A stretch of 64,000 bases of DNA from IMG/VR virus record IMGVR_UViG_3300014627_000002, positions 13,618-77,617 of that record. The stretch is one strand, 5' to 3'. The translations under genes and the position numbers were made by a program. Within the stretch, counting starts at the first letter, position 1; the number at the start of each line of letters is the position of its first letter. The notes under the pieces were generated by a model. The model did no database searches. It was not told the origin of the DNA and saw only the letters and a program-made list of their open reading frames with translations. Of the stretch, positions 10,237-18,441 are shown in pieces. Source of the DNA: a virus.

Positions 10237-10268
10237 GTTCAATTGAACAAATGAAGGAATAAACAAAT
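10228..10268 (+). promoter_or_regulatory. 8-bp-phased GAAC-box array, site C
   Basis: TGTTTAAATGTTCAATTGAACAAATGAAGGAATAAACAAAT contains the perfect palindrome TGTTCAATTGAACA (10236-10249) and ends 1 nt before the ATG at 10270. Confidence 0.55.
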
Positions 10269-10269
10269 T

Positions 10270-10554
10270 ATGCGTGAAGCGAAAGATCATCCTAATTTTA
10301 GTGAGATCCTTCAGTATGGCCATACTGTTGAAGCCGACATTGCAATGTTTATGAATGGCGAATTTTGGCAGTATTACAAGCGGGGGGACTTTAGCACTAA
10401 AAACTATTGGTATTGTCTACCAGTACGCAACGGGCAGGCTCTTGGCTGGCGAAATGGCTATGTTGCATGTATGAACCAGCTAAAAGATTTTTATATAAAT
10501 ATGGGTAAAAAAGTTGAGCTTATAGAAATCAGGAATAAGGAAAAAACCTCATAA
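10270..10554 (+). CDS. hypothetical protein
   Basis: 94-aa ORF with AAGGAA upstream, followed by a strong hairpin terminator. Confidence 0.55.
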   Translation: MREAKDHPNFSEILQYGHTVEADIAMFMNGEFWQYYKRGDFSTKNYWYCLPVRNGQALGWRNGYVACMNQLKDFYINMGKKVELIEIRNKEKTS

Positions 10555-10571
10555 GGTAAATAGACAAAAAT

Positions 10572-10598
10572 AGCCCTATAAATTAATAGGGCTTTTTT
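10572..10598 (+). terminator. rho-independent terminator
   Basis: AGCCCTA-TAAATTAA-TAGGGCT followed by TTTTTT. It ends directly at the next ATG. Confidence 0.7.
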
Positions 10599-11372
10599 AT
10601 GGCTTTTATAAAACCGAAGATTGTGAACCAGGCTAAGCCAAGTACACAGTATGAAAATAAAAGCGATTGGGGGAACTTGTCAGATGTATACAAGATGCGC
10701 ATTCGCTTATGTGATAAAGAGGGAAACCTACTTGATCAATACGCTCAGCAAATCGTTGGAGTCGCCGTAGATGGCGATATATCCATAGATAATCAGTACA
10801 GCACACCATTTGAAAATTCAAATCCTGAACATCGATTACCTACTATGATGGGGATGCTGCAATCTGGTGATTGGGTAAATACGCTAGAGATCGGCTTATC
10901 AAATGTATTTGGCATAGAGCTTAGCCAGGATAAGAAAGAATCTATTAACGCATTAGAAGGCCGGAGCAACTTAACTAAGGTTAATTCTACTCAGATATTT
11001 GTTGCAACCCAGCCAATTACAATTTCTACCACACTGTATTTTTCAGCTTGGCGTAGCGCAAAAATAGAAGTCGAACAGCAAGTAGCCTTACTTAAACAGT
11101 GGGCTTTACCCAACAAATTAGCTGACGGCAGCATTTTAGCCAGTGCGCTAGAAGATAAATCATTACTTTCATTATTTCCTTCTGAAGTACCGCCGTATGT
11201 GTCGATCTACTACGGAGGTAAGAAATATACCCCCTTATTAATTCAAAGCGTATCTGAACCATTAGTCGTGCCTATGACTGAAGACGGGGACCGTCTAGCG
11301 CTGCAGGTACCAGTCACATTTGTATCCCGTACAGCCTGGGATAAAGACAATATTTCTAAAATTTATTTATAA
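10599..11372 (+). CDS. hypothetical protein (possibly structural)
   Basis: 257-aa ORF. No motif was recognised with confidence. Confidence 0.6.
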   Translation: MAFIKPKIVNQAKPSTQYENKSDWGNLSDVYKMRIRLCDKEGNLLDQYAQQIVGVAVDGDISIDNQYSTPFENSNPEHRLPTMMGMLQSGDWVNTLEIGLSNVFGIELSQDKKESINALEGRSNLTKVNSTQIFVATQPITISTTLYFSAWRSAKIEVEQQVALLKQWALPNKLADGSILASALEDKSLLSLFPSEVPPYVSIYYGGKKYTPLLIQSVSEPLVVPMTEDGDRLALQVPVTFVSRTAWDKDNISKIYL

Positions 11373-11381
11373 GGTGAATCT

Positions 11382-12098
11382 ATGGCTTTTCCATTATTAA
11401 CAATTGGCAATGAAAAATATCAGCTAAATAATATCCTGTTAATGGACTTATTGGAGCTGGCAAAACTTAACCCCCAACATTATGAACATCAACTTACTCA
11501 GATTTTATCTACAGCTGTGGGGGATATTAAACAAGTCCAATCCATGACTGTGCATGAGCGTTATGCAGTATTTTTAAAATATTTATCAAAGACTGAAAAA
11601 CACAGTTTAGATAGCTCTATTAATATTGATGATTATTTAGTAAAGGATTTATCTGATTTTAATCGAAACCGGGTAACTGGAAAAAATAATGTTAGTGTCC
11701 GTCATTTAACTGGTGTAGATGCAGAAGCTTTAGAAATAGGCTGTGAATATACAGATGATTGGATACTTGGTGAAATGGCTATCACTATTGGTTGCGATTA
11801 TCTGCCTGCCCTAGATATTGAATATTCAGTAGATTATGCAGGAAATATCATACATAACCGCATAGAAAAATTAAAAAAACTAGATATAGATGAGTTTAAT
11901 GAACTCATGGATGATTATTTAGAAGCAAAGGATCAACTTAAAAAACTGGTTAATATTAGTTTTGATGATGGCATTGTTTTAGACAAAATTAATGGGGGTG
12001 CAGATGACGCTCCTGTTCGATTTCGCCCTCATACCGCCCTCTCAGGACACGCAAGAAAGCTTTTATCAATTGCTATTAAAGCGCGCTCAAAATCTTAG
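11382..12098 (+). CDS. hypothetical protein; possible upstream partner of a +1 frameshift pair
   Basis: 238-aa ORF. Its last ~35 codons overlap the next ORF, which is in the +1 frame. Confidence 0.6.
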   Translation: MAFPLLTIGNEKYQLNNILLMDLLELAKLNPQHYEHQLTQILSTAVGDIKQVQSMTVHERYAVFLKYLSKTEKHSLDSSINIDDYLVKDLSDFNRNRVTGKNNVSVRHLTGVDAEALEIGCEYTDDWILGEMAITIGCDYLPALDIEYSVDYAGNIIHNRIEKLKKLDIDEFNELMDDYLEAKDQLKKLVNISFDDGIVLDKINGGADDAPVRFRPHTALSGHARKLLSIAIKARSKS

Positions 12099-12303
12099 TA
12101 TTGATTCTGATATTCCATTAAATGAAGTTTTGAAGATGCCTTTTTGGTTTTTAGATTCATTTTATAAAGATGGAGCTTGGAATATCAAAAAAGTGCATAA
12201 AGAAAATCATGATCAAATCGTGGGTAATGTTTTTCAGTACCTTCAAAATATACAAGGACTACTGAAAAGCGTTTCTATTTCGTTTTCAAGGAAACCGCGA
12301 TGA
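11992..12303 (+). CDS. hypothetical protein or frameshift extension of 11382..12098
   Basis: The +1 frame opens at nt 11983, just before a GGGGG run (11994-11998). There is no convincing SD. Its stop overlaps the next start (ATGA). Confidence 0.4.
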   Translation: MGVQMTLLFDFALIPPSQDTQESFYQLLLKRAQNLSIDSDIPLNEVLKMPFWFLDSFYKDGAWNIKKVHKENHDQIVGNVFQYLQNIQGLLKSVSISFSRKPR

Positions 12304-12809
12304 TTGGTCGTATTAGTTGGATGTATAGTTTGCTGTGGCGGTTACTGTGGTGCGCGTTTCCATTCGTCACTGAATACGCTTCAGCAGCTATAAGCGCGTC
12401 CCATAACACATCTAATGTGAGTATGTTGAGCAATGAAAGTGTGCGCAACATAGCAAGCAATTACAGTGACAGTTTGCTCACCCTGGCATGTATTTTTTTC
12501 TTGGGTATAGGGACTATGGTGGGTTATTTTCACCCTACTCCCAAGTATGGTTTAAAGCCCTACCCCAAGTTCATAAAAGTCCTTATATCCGTAGGTATGG
12601 GGAGCCTTGCTTTTTTATATTATCTCGAAACTAACCAACAAATTACGCCTGCCGTATGCATTTATGTGGCAGGCGTTTCTTTTGTAGGTCCCGCAATTAT
12701 TCACTTAATCCATGCGGCTGCAATTAAGGGCACTAGTCTTAATACTGGTGTAACTGATGAAGACTTGGACCGCATTAATCGAAGCTTTCAAGATGAGGAC
12801 CCAAAATAA
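12300..12809 (+). CDS. holin-like membrane protein
   Basis: 169 aa with three to four hydrophobic helices and a charged C-terminal tail (DEDLDRINRSFQDEDPK). It lies directly upstream of the endolysin. Confidence 0.55.
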   Translation: MIGRISWMYSLLWRLLWCAFPFVTEYASAAISASHNTSNVSMLSNESVRNIASNYSDSLLTLACIFFLGIGTMVGYFHPTPKYGLKPYPKFIKVLISVGMGSLAFLYYLETNQQITPAVCIYVAGVSFVGPAIIHLIHAAAIKGTSLNTGVTDEDLDRINRSFQDEDPK

Positions 12810-13078
12810 TGGAACTCAAAATATTTCTTTGTTTGGCGGTTATGCTTTTCACAGTAATTGCACTCTTTATACCCGATAAGATTATCAATACTGTTTCTTA
12901 TAACCGCAATCTTGCTGCTGTTTTAATCATTCTTGCGTCATCTGCATTCTTAGTAAATATGAATATGACGGGATTTGTATTAACGCTAATCCTGGCATTT
13001 GGATGCTGTATTCACTGGCTTAGTTGTTTTGTTGCTAACACCGGTAAAAGTAAGGAATTTAATCATGACAGACATTAA
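12809..13078 (+). CDS. small membrane protein (second holin/antiholin candidate)
   Basis: 89 aa with three hydrophobic segments. It is coupled to the neighbours by overlapping start and stop codons. Confidence 0.5.
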   Translation: MELKIFLCLAVMLFTVIALFIPDKIINTVSYNRNLAAVLIILASSAFLVNMNMTGFVLTLILAFGCCIHWLSCFVANTGKSKEFNHDRH

Positions 13079-13967
13079 TAAGTCACTTAAAGAAATCCAA
13101 AAACTTTTAGGTTCGATAGGATTATATACGGGAGCAATTGATGGTTTTTGGGGATGGGGTAGCTATAATGCGATTTTAACCCTTTCAGCCCTGTGTAAAC
13201 CTAATTCTAAGTCTTCTAAAATCAAGTCCAGTGATATTAAAAATATTTCTAAAGAGATACAAAAAATATTGGTAGAACATCATCAATATTTTGGTGTTAT
13301 TGATGGAATATTCGGAAAAAACTCAATTGCCGGTTTAAATAATCTTATTCCAGCGCCTAAAGTTACTGAGGAAAGTTTAAAGAAAATCTATAAAAACTGC
13401 TCACCAGGCTTTGCTGATTTTATTAATTCTTTTGCTGCACAGTATCAGTTGAACACTAAAGCGGATCTATGTGCTTTTCTGGCCAATAATATTCATGAGT
13501 CATCTGGCTTTACCAGCTTGCGTGAAAATATGAATTATCGCCCTGCCCGCTTATTAGAAGTTTTCCCGAAGTATTTTAAAACACTGGCAGAAGCGACAGA
13601 CGTAGTAAAACGTGGGCCTATAGCTATTGCTGACGTGGTATACGGTGGCCGCATGGGTAACGGACGTAACAATGGAGATGGATATAAGTACCGTGGTGGC
13701 GGCTGTAATCATTTAACCGGTTTAGATAACTATACCCTTTGCAGTATTGGTATAGGACTAGGTAATCAGCTTGTTGATAATCCGGATCTTATTACCCAGC
13801 CTGAATATGCGGTTAAATCAGCTTACTGGTTCTGGAATAAAAACCGCTGTAGCCGGGTAGCTAATCAAGGTAATTTTGAAGCAGCTTGCAGAATTGTAAA
13901 TGGTGGAACTAACGGTCTGTCTGAACGTCATGCCCTACATATTAAAGCCTGGTCTGTCCTGTTTTAA
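13065..13967 (+). CDS. endolysin: two peptidoglycan-binding repeats plus a GH19 (chitinase-like) catalytic domain
   Basis: The repeats are LKEIQKLLGSIGLYTGAIDGFWG and SKEIQKILVEHHQYFGVIDGIFG. GH19-like blocks are NIHESSGF and YKYRGGGCNHLTGLDNY. The start is placed at ATG 13065 behind SD TAAGGAA. Confidence 0.85.
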   Translation: MTDINKSLKEIQKLLGSIGLYTGAIDGFWGWGSYNAILTLSALCKPNSKSSKIKSSDIKNISKEIQKILVEHHQYFGVIDGIFGKNSIAGLNNLIPAPKVTEESLKKIYKNCSPGFADFINSFAAQYQLNTKADLCAFLANNIHESSGFTSLRENMNYRPARLLEVFPKYFKTLAEATDVVKRGPIAIADVVYGGRMGNGRNNGDGYKYRGGGCNHLTGLDNYTLCSIGIGLGNQLVDNPDLITQPEYAVKSAYWFWNKNRCSRVANQGNFEAACRIVNGGTNGLSERHALHIKAWSVLF

Positions 13968-14007
13968 GTTTCTGAAAGCTAAGATTTATCTGTTTTTTTC
14001 AAATTAG

Positions 14008-14041
14008 ACGTGAACCGACCGGATGGATGGTTCACGTTTTT
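14008..14041 (+). terminator. rho-independent terminator
   Basis: ACGTGAACC..GGTTCACGT stem followed by TTTTT. Confidence 0.75.
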
Positions 14042-14044
14042 AGC

Positions 14045-14063
14045 TTATGCGTATTTGCATAAT
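14045..14063 (+). promoter_or_regulatory. GCATAA/TTATGC palindrome (operator/promoter candidate)
   Basis: TTATGC-GTATTT-GCATAA has perfect 6-bp arms, and CATAAT overlaps the right arm. It lies 70 nt upstream of 14133. Confidence 0.5.
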
Positions 14064-14132
14064 AGAAATATTGATATTCATGTCTTTTTTAAATCAACGA
14101 AACTGCTATAAGTTTCAAGGTAGTTTAGAGCT

Positions 14133-15119
14133 ATGACATACACAACAGAATACTTAGAAAATGAAGCCGGTATACAAAATAACGGTGTCACCATACTGAA
14201 TGATCAAAAAATTGAATTACAAGTTTCTGGCTTGGTCATTGGCCAATTTAAGCGTGGCCGCTTTGACAAACCCATGACAATCACAAGTGCAAATGTACGC
14301 GGTACTCTTGGCCATGATCCACGCAACCCGTGGTACCAAATTATTGTTGATGCCATAGATTCAGGTGTACCAAGTATTGAAGTTTTGCGTATACCAGGTA
14401 ACTACTACAATTATGAAGATGTTGAGCCAGAACCAGAACCAATCTGGCAACCGTGGCAATTTGACCAAGAAATTTCTATTAACAGCAATATGGCGAGATA
14501 TACAGCTTCTAAAACCAACGGTAAGCAATTAGCAAGCAGTTATGCCGAAATAGATTTAATAGCTGCTCTGGTACGCTCATTTTCTGATATAGATATGCAA
14601 CAGTGGCAAGCTGTGAAAGATGCAGCAAATCAATTGACAGGTGTGAATGATTGGGTTTTAGATCCGGCGAATAATCGCGTTAAATATTATGAAAAAGTAA
14701 GTACTGGTAAGTATGGCTGGGTTGAAGTTAATAATGATACTGATCCCAAACACATTTCAGCTACTCTTGCATGTCAATTTTATGCTTCTAAACTAAAAAG
14801 AACGTACGCTCGAACTTATCAATTTTCTGATCGAAATGCGTTTTGTTATGATGTTAAAAATGATCTTTATGTTCAATTAGCTCGTACTCTTCAACCCCCG
14901 ATTGTTGAAGAACAAGAAAGATATTTACCTCTCGATGTTGTAGCGCAAAAAGTCATCTCTAATGCTGAGTCACTGGACCAGGGTATTTCTCTTTTAGCAG
15001 AAACCTATATAGAAACCGTCGCGAAAAGTATTTTTAACAGTGACCAGTCAAAGCAATTTGTGAAACAAGATGATCTGGTATTGCAATTTGAAGAAAACAA
15101 GGTGATTGAAAATTTATAG
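14133..15119 (+). CDS. structural-protein paralogue (N-terminal ~90 aa shared with the gene at 63278)
   Basis: The N-terminus ..LENEAGIQ..GLVIGQFKRGRFDKPMTITSANVRGTLGHDPRNPWY..SGVPSIEVLR aligns with the 63278 product. The C-terminus is unrelated. Terminators flank the gene on both sides. Confidence 0.65.
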   Translation: MTYTTEYLENEAGIQNNGVTILNDQKIELQVSGLVIGQFKRGRFDKPMTITSANVRGTLGHDPRNPWYQIIVDAIDSGVPSIEVLRIPGNYYNYEDVEPEPEPIWQPWQFDQEISINSNMARYTASKTNGKQLASSYAEIDLIAALVRSFSDIDMQQWQAVKDAANQLTGVNDWVLDPANNRVKYYEKVSTGKYGWVEVNNDTDPKHISATLACQFYASKLKRTYARTYQFSDRNAFCYDVKNDLYVQLARTLQPPIVEEQERYLPLDVVAQKVISNAESLDQGISLLAETYIETVAKSIFNSDQSKQFVKQDDLVLQFEENKVIENL

Positions 15120-15134
15120 AAACCTAGAAAGACA

Positions 15135-15166
15135 AAAGCCCTAAATGGCGGTCATTTAGGGCTTTT
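15135..15166. terminator. bidirectional rho-independent terminator
   Basis: AAAGCCCTAAATG-GCGGT-CATTTAGGGCTTT. Confidence 0.75.
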
Positions 15167-15324
15167 GAAGTCTGTATTCAGCGATAAATACAAACCTAAC
15201 AAGACGAGAGAATTTTATCACAGAAAACAAAGATGTAAACGTTATTTTTTGTATGAAGCGACAACAGAAGTCGTACATTTCTAAAAGAGGTTTTAATATT
15301 TCATAGGCTAAAAAAAAACCATTC

Positions 15325-15349
15325 GCATAATCATTATGCATTAATGCAT
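15325..15349. promoter_or_regulatory. overlapping GCATAA-type palindromes
   Basis: GCATAATCATTATGC (15325-15339) overlaps ATGCATTAATGCAT (15336-15349). Confidence 0.45.
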
Positions 15350-15510
15350 AAAAGTAAGAAACCTTTATTTCTATTTTAGCTGCTATTTAATACATGTTAT
15401 TCAAGTTTTAAATTTAAATTTAAAAAAATAATTGGCTTTTAATATAATAATAGCTTTTGTAGTATTTTAAGTCCGCTGTAACCCTTGTGCTGCAAAGCTT
15501 ACAGGATATT

Positions 15511-15606
15511 AAAAGATAGTTTTTCCGAGTTATAAAGATAGTTTTTCCGATGTGGATAACTCATTAAAAGATAGTTTTTCCGAGCAGCAGGATAGTTTGT
15601 AGATTG
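15511..15606 (+). repeat. iterons upstream of rep (3 good copies plus 1 degenerate copy)
   Basis: AAAAGATAGTTTTTCCGAG occurs at 15511 and 15566. TAAAGATAGTTTTTCCGAT occurs at 15533. A degenerate copy CAGGATAGTTTGTAGATTG occurs at 15588. An inverted partial copy follows at 15607. Confidence 0.9.
15551..15559 (-). promoter_or_regulatory. DnaA box
   Basis: TGTGGATAA is the complement of the consensus TTATCCACA. It lies between iterons 2 and 3. Confidence 0.6.
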
Positions 15607-15662
15607 ACTATCTTTCAAGGTTAATTTATAAAGGATCTAAAAATGAAGTACACCGGATAAAA

Positions 15663-16586
15663 ATGAAAATGCAGAGTCGGCTTGTAGTTAAAGATAATGC
15701 ACTGATAGATGCAAGCTTTAACTTAACCCTTATTGAACAGCGTTTAATGCTATTGGCTATTGTTGAAGCCAGGGAACTATCAACACTCACCCCATCTATA
15801 CCCGTAGAAGTCACTGTAAAGAGCTATATTGAACAATATAAAGTAAAAGAGAGCACTGCATACGAAACATTGTTTGATGCGTGTAAAACGCTAAGACGGC
15901 GTGAATTTAGCTATATAGACCGTTATAAGAATAGTGATGCTGTTTCTACTGCAGGTTGGGTGAATAAAGTCACTTATGTAAAGTCTAAGGGCATAGTGGT
16001 TTTATATCTAAGTGAAGAAGTGATCAGCATGATCAGCCGGTTAGAAGAACAATTTACTCGTTACCATTTAGAGCAGGTTTCAGATTTTAATAGTAAATAT
16101 AGCATTCGACTCTATGAAGTGGTTATCAAGTGGTTAGCAGCTGGTAAAACTGGAAAGATTGCTATCAATGATCTACGTGCACGGCTGGGACTGCAAGATA
16201 CTGAATATAAAACCATGAGCCTGTTTAAAACTAATGTGCTTGATAAGGCAGTTGATGAAATTAACGCTAAAACAGACGTGCGGGTAAAGTATGATCAGTA
16301 TAGATCAGGCCGAACAATTAGCCATTTTTCCTTTACGTTGAAAGAGAAACGTGTAATTAAAACAGTTAAGGATGCTAAACAGTATCAGTTTGAATTATCA
16401 GCAAAACAGGTTGATTTTTTTGCAAATAAACTTGCTTCTGACCCTAATTTCGGTAGCCAGTATGCAAAAGTTGGGGAAAGCGTTGAAGACTTTGAGATCC
16501 GAGTAAAAGGACAGTTAGCTCAAAAGACCTATTGTGCTAAGTATTCTGAGCATTTAATTCGTTTAGGTTATATCGAAAAAACTTAA
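15663..16586 (+). CDS. rep: Rep_3-family plasmid replication initiator
   Basis: The N-terminus LVVKDNALIDASFNLTLIEQRLMLLAI.. is typical of Rep_3 initiators. Its own iterons flank the gene on both sides. Confidence 0.9.
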   Translation: MKMQSRLVVKDNALIDASFNLTLIEQRLMLLAIVEARELSTLTPSIPVEVTVKSYIEQYKVKESTAYETLFDACKTLRRREFSYIDRYKNSDAVSTAGWVNKVTYVKSKGIVVLYLSEEVISMISRLEEQFTRYHLEQVSDFNSKYSIRLYEVVIKWLAAGKTGKIAINDLRARLGLQDTEYKTMSLFKTNVLDKAVDEINAKTDVRVKYDQYRSGRTISHFSFTLKEKRVIKTVKDAKQYQFELSAKQVDFFANKLASDPNFGSQYAKVGESVEDFEIRVKGQLAQKTYCAKYSEHLIRLGYIEKT

Positions 16587-16633
16587 ATTAATTTTTGGTT
16601 AAAAATCTTTTTATATCAAAAAGATTGCTTGGT

Positions 16634-16700
16634 AAAAGATAGTTTTTCCGAGTAAATAAAAGATAGTTTTTCCGAGTGAATAAAAGATAGTTTTTCCGAG
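16634..16700 (+). repeat. iterons downstream of rep (3 perfect copies, 24-bp period)
   Basis: AAAAGATAGTTTTTCCGAG occurs at 16634, 16658 and 16682. Confidence 0.9.
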
Positions 16701-16716
16701 TGGATTTAAAGCCGTT

Positions 16717-17406
16717 TTAACTGTCTTTGTTTAGCAGATTTCTATTAAGCACCTGCTTCACTGTTTTTGCATACCAGAGCCCGCCATGCTTGCTTTTAAT
16801 AGCCTGTTTATTCAGTGATGATGCTATTTTTCTATATCCAAAACCCTGTTGTTTAAGCTCAAGCATAAGCGTTATGGTCTGTTGTTCATCCGGGTTCTGC
16901 ACCAGGTTATCTTCTTCTTTGTCATATCCATACGGCACATGCGAGTACACCTTGTCATTTGCACGTAAATAGTCAATAACCAGCTTTGTACGCTCAGATA
17001 TTTGGTCGCGTTCAAACTGGTTGAGTACTGCCAGAATGCTAAATACCATTCTGCCCGTGGCGCCAGTAGTATCAATATTTTCAGATAGGCTAACCATATC
17101 AGCGCCAGTTTTATTGATGTACTCAGCTATTGATAAGGTATCGATAGTATTACGGCTAACCCGGGAAAGGCTATAAAAGACAAATACCATGTCTTTCTCT
17201 AATGAATTTAAGGCTTCTTTTAATTTTGGCCGGTTAATAACTTTCTTTCCTGAAATCCCTTCATCAATAAAAATCTGGACCAATTCATAATTATGAAAAT
17301 TGGCCCATTGTTTGATTTTTTCAGTTTGTGCTTCTAATGAAAGTCCATCTTGTGCCTGTTTCAGTGTGCTCACACGTACATAGCCGATAGCTTTTCTCTT
17401 AATCAC
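16717..17406 (-). CDS. serine recombinase (resolvase/invertase catalytic domain plus the start of a large-serine-recombinase-type recombinase domain)
   Basis: The N-terminus is IGYVRVSTLKQ...GLSLEAQ. The C-terminal part, PYGYDKEEDNLVQNPDEQQTI..GFGYRKIASSLN..GGLWYAKTVKQVLNRN, resembles the beginning of the LSR recombinase domain. The protein then stops at 229 aa. Confidence 0.8.
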   Translation of the reverse strand: MIKRKAIGYVRVSTLKQAQDGLSLEAQTEKIKQWANFHNYELVQIFIDEGISGKKVINRPKLKEALNSLEKDMVFVFYSLSRVSRNTIDTLSIAEYINKTGADMVSLSENIDTTGATGRMVFSILAVLNQFERDQISERTKLVIDYLRANDKVYSHVPYGYDKEEDNLVQNPDEQQTITLMLELKQQGFGYRKIASSLNKQAIKSKHGGLWYAKTVKQVLNRNLLNKDS

Positions 17407-17410
17407 GTCC

Positions 17411-17692
17411 TTACTGTCCCTTATATTTCTCTAATCCATCTTTCAAGAACTGGTTAAGCGCTTCTCTACGAGTCTTAAATTTACGTGAATTAACTACGAA
17501 CAGGTCCAGTTCCTGTTTTGTATCTGCATCACAGTCCCAATTCACACGGACCGTTTCTGCACTAGCTGCGGCCTTTTTACTTGGCGCTGTAGTGTCTTCA
17601 GCAGGGCTATCGTTTTGTGCAAACTCTTTAGCTTCTGCAAAACGGTTTTTAGCACCTGGTTTAGCAATTGCCTGGCGTGGTTTTGTCGTCAT
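17411..17692 (-). CDS. ParG-like ribbon-helix-helix partition/centromere-binding protein
   Basis: 93 aa, directly downstream of parA. It has a disordered basic N-terminus and a C-terminal RHH-like pattern (VRVNWDCDADTKQELDLFVV..TRREALNQFLKDGL). Confidence 0.6.
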   Translation of the reverse strand: MTTKPRQAIAKPGAKNRFAEAKEFAQNDSPAEDTTAPSKKAAASAETVRVNWDCDADTKQELDLFVVNSRKFKTRREALNQFLKDGLEKYKGQ

Positions 17693-17697
17693 GTTTA

Positions 17698-18342
17698 CTA
17701 CCCTTGTTTAAGTGCCTTTAAAACTTCTTTACCAAAGTCTTGAAACTGTTGTTTAGCTTTCTGGTGATTATGAATCAGTGCATGTTTTCCAAGTCCAATG
17801 ACTTCTTCATAAGCTACATAATTTGAGATCGGGACCGGTATTTCTGGATAACCAAAAGTTTCTAATGCTGCTTCACGTATCTCGTTAGATTTAGACGTGT
17901 TTTTAAACCTATTCCAGACAATACGCAAATTAACTTTTTTGTCTTTAGCTTCTAGTGCCTTAGTAATAAGTTCAGCCATATCACTTACTGCCCACAGATC
18001 AGGGGAAGTGGCTGCCATAGGAAGTAATACCAGGTCGCTGATATAAAGGATCGCGTTCATGATTTCAGCCATACGCGGCGGTGAATCAATTACTACATAG
18101 TCATACTTGCCTTCAGCAGCTTCAAGAACCTGCATAAGTTCATCAAGATTACGAGCTGTTTCACAGGTCAGTTTTGGATGCTCAAACATACTGCACCAGG
18201 CAGACAATGTACCTTGCGGTAAGTCGGCATCAACTGCCAGAACTGTCTTTTTCTTTTCAAGAAGGAACCCGCATAGATTCGCTGATAAAGTGGACTTACC
18301 GGCCCCACCCTTTAATTGTAAGAATGAAATATATTGTGTCAT
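17698..18342 (-). CDS. parA: ParA-type partition ATPase (small, type Ib-like)
   Basis: Deviant Walker A LKGGAGKST. The start is placed at ATG 18342 behind AGGGA. The listed longer ORF needs a TTG at 18381 inside the GAAC-box array. Confidence 0.85.
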   Translation of the reverse strand: MTQYISFLQLKGGAGKSTLSANLCGFLLEKKKTVLAVDADLPQGTLSAWCSMFEHPKLTCETARNLDELMQVLEAAEGKYDYVVIDSPPRMAEIMNAILYISDLVLLPMAATSPDLWAVSDMAELITKALEAKDKKVNLRIVWNRFKNTSKSNEIREAALETFGYPEIPVPISNYVAYEEVIGLGKHALIHNHQKAKQQFQDFGKEVLKALKQG

Positions 18343-18357
18343 GGGTTCCCTGTTTAT

Positions 18358-18407
18358 TTGTTTAAATGAAAAAATGTTCAAATGAACTAAAATTCATTTG
18401 AACATTT
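18358..18407 (+). promoter_or_regulatory. 8-bp-phased GAAC-box array, site D (parA promoter / candidate centromere)
   Basis: TTGTTTAAATGAAAAAATGTTCAAATGAACTAAAATTCATTTGAACATTT has direct and inverted GAAC/GTTC boxes in 8-bp register. It starts 16 nt upstream of the parA ATG. Confidence 0.6.
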
Positions 18408-18441
18408 TAGGTGAAAAAAAACGAAATTACAAATTAGGAAA

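Larger units (their letters stand above)
15360..15620. other. plasmid-type replication origin region (AT-rich stretch, iterons, DnaA box)
   Basis: A long A/T-only run (~15360-15480) is followed by iterons and a DnaA box directly upstream of the rep gene. Confidence 0.75.

Noticed and set aside
12999-13064. The listed upstream start of the endolysin ORF (12999).
   Set aside because: The extra 22 codons overlap the preceding membrane-protein gene. The ATG at 13065 has a good SD and begins exactly at the first peptidoglycan-binding repeat.
15156-15814. Minus-strand ORFs 15156..15341 and 15626..15814 in the origin region.
   Set aside because: The first spans a terminator and an operator palindrome. 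The second is antisense to the rep start and the iterons. Neither has coding features.
15511-16700. Regularly spaced direct repeats that could superficially suggest a CRISPR array. The same applies to the 8-bp arrays elsewhere.
   Set aside because: The repeat is 19 bp with 3-14 bp gaps and flanks a Rep_3 gene, so these are iterons. The GAAC-box units are contiguous octamers without spacers. No cas genes are present.
18343-18381. The N-terminal extension of parA in the ORF track.
   Set aside because: It requires a TTG start inside the repeat array. The ATG at 18342 has an SD and gives a normal distance to the Walker A motif.
16727-18385. Plus-strand ORFs inside the recombinase and parA genes (16727..16972, 18107..18385, 18174..18365) and the minus-strand ORF 16872..17075.
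   Set aside because: They are antisense or out-of-frame within genes that carry clear catalytic motifs, so they are shadow ORFs.
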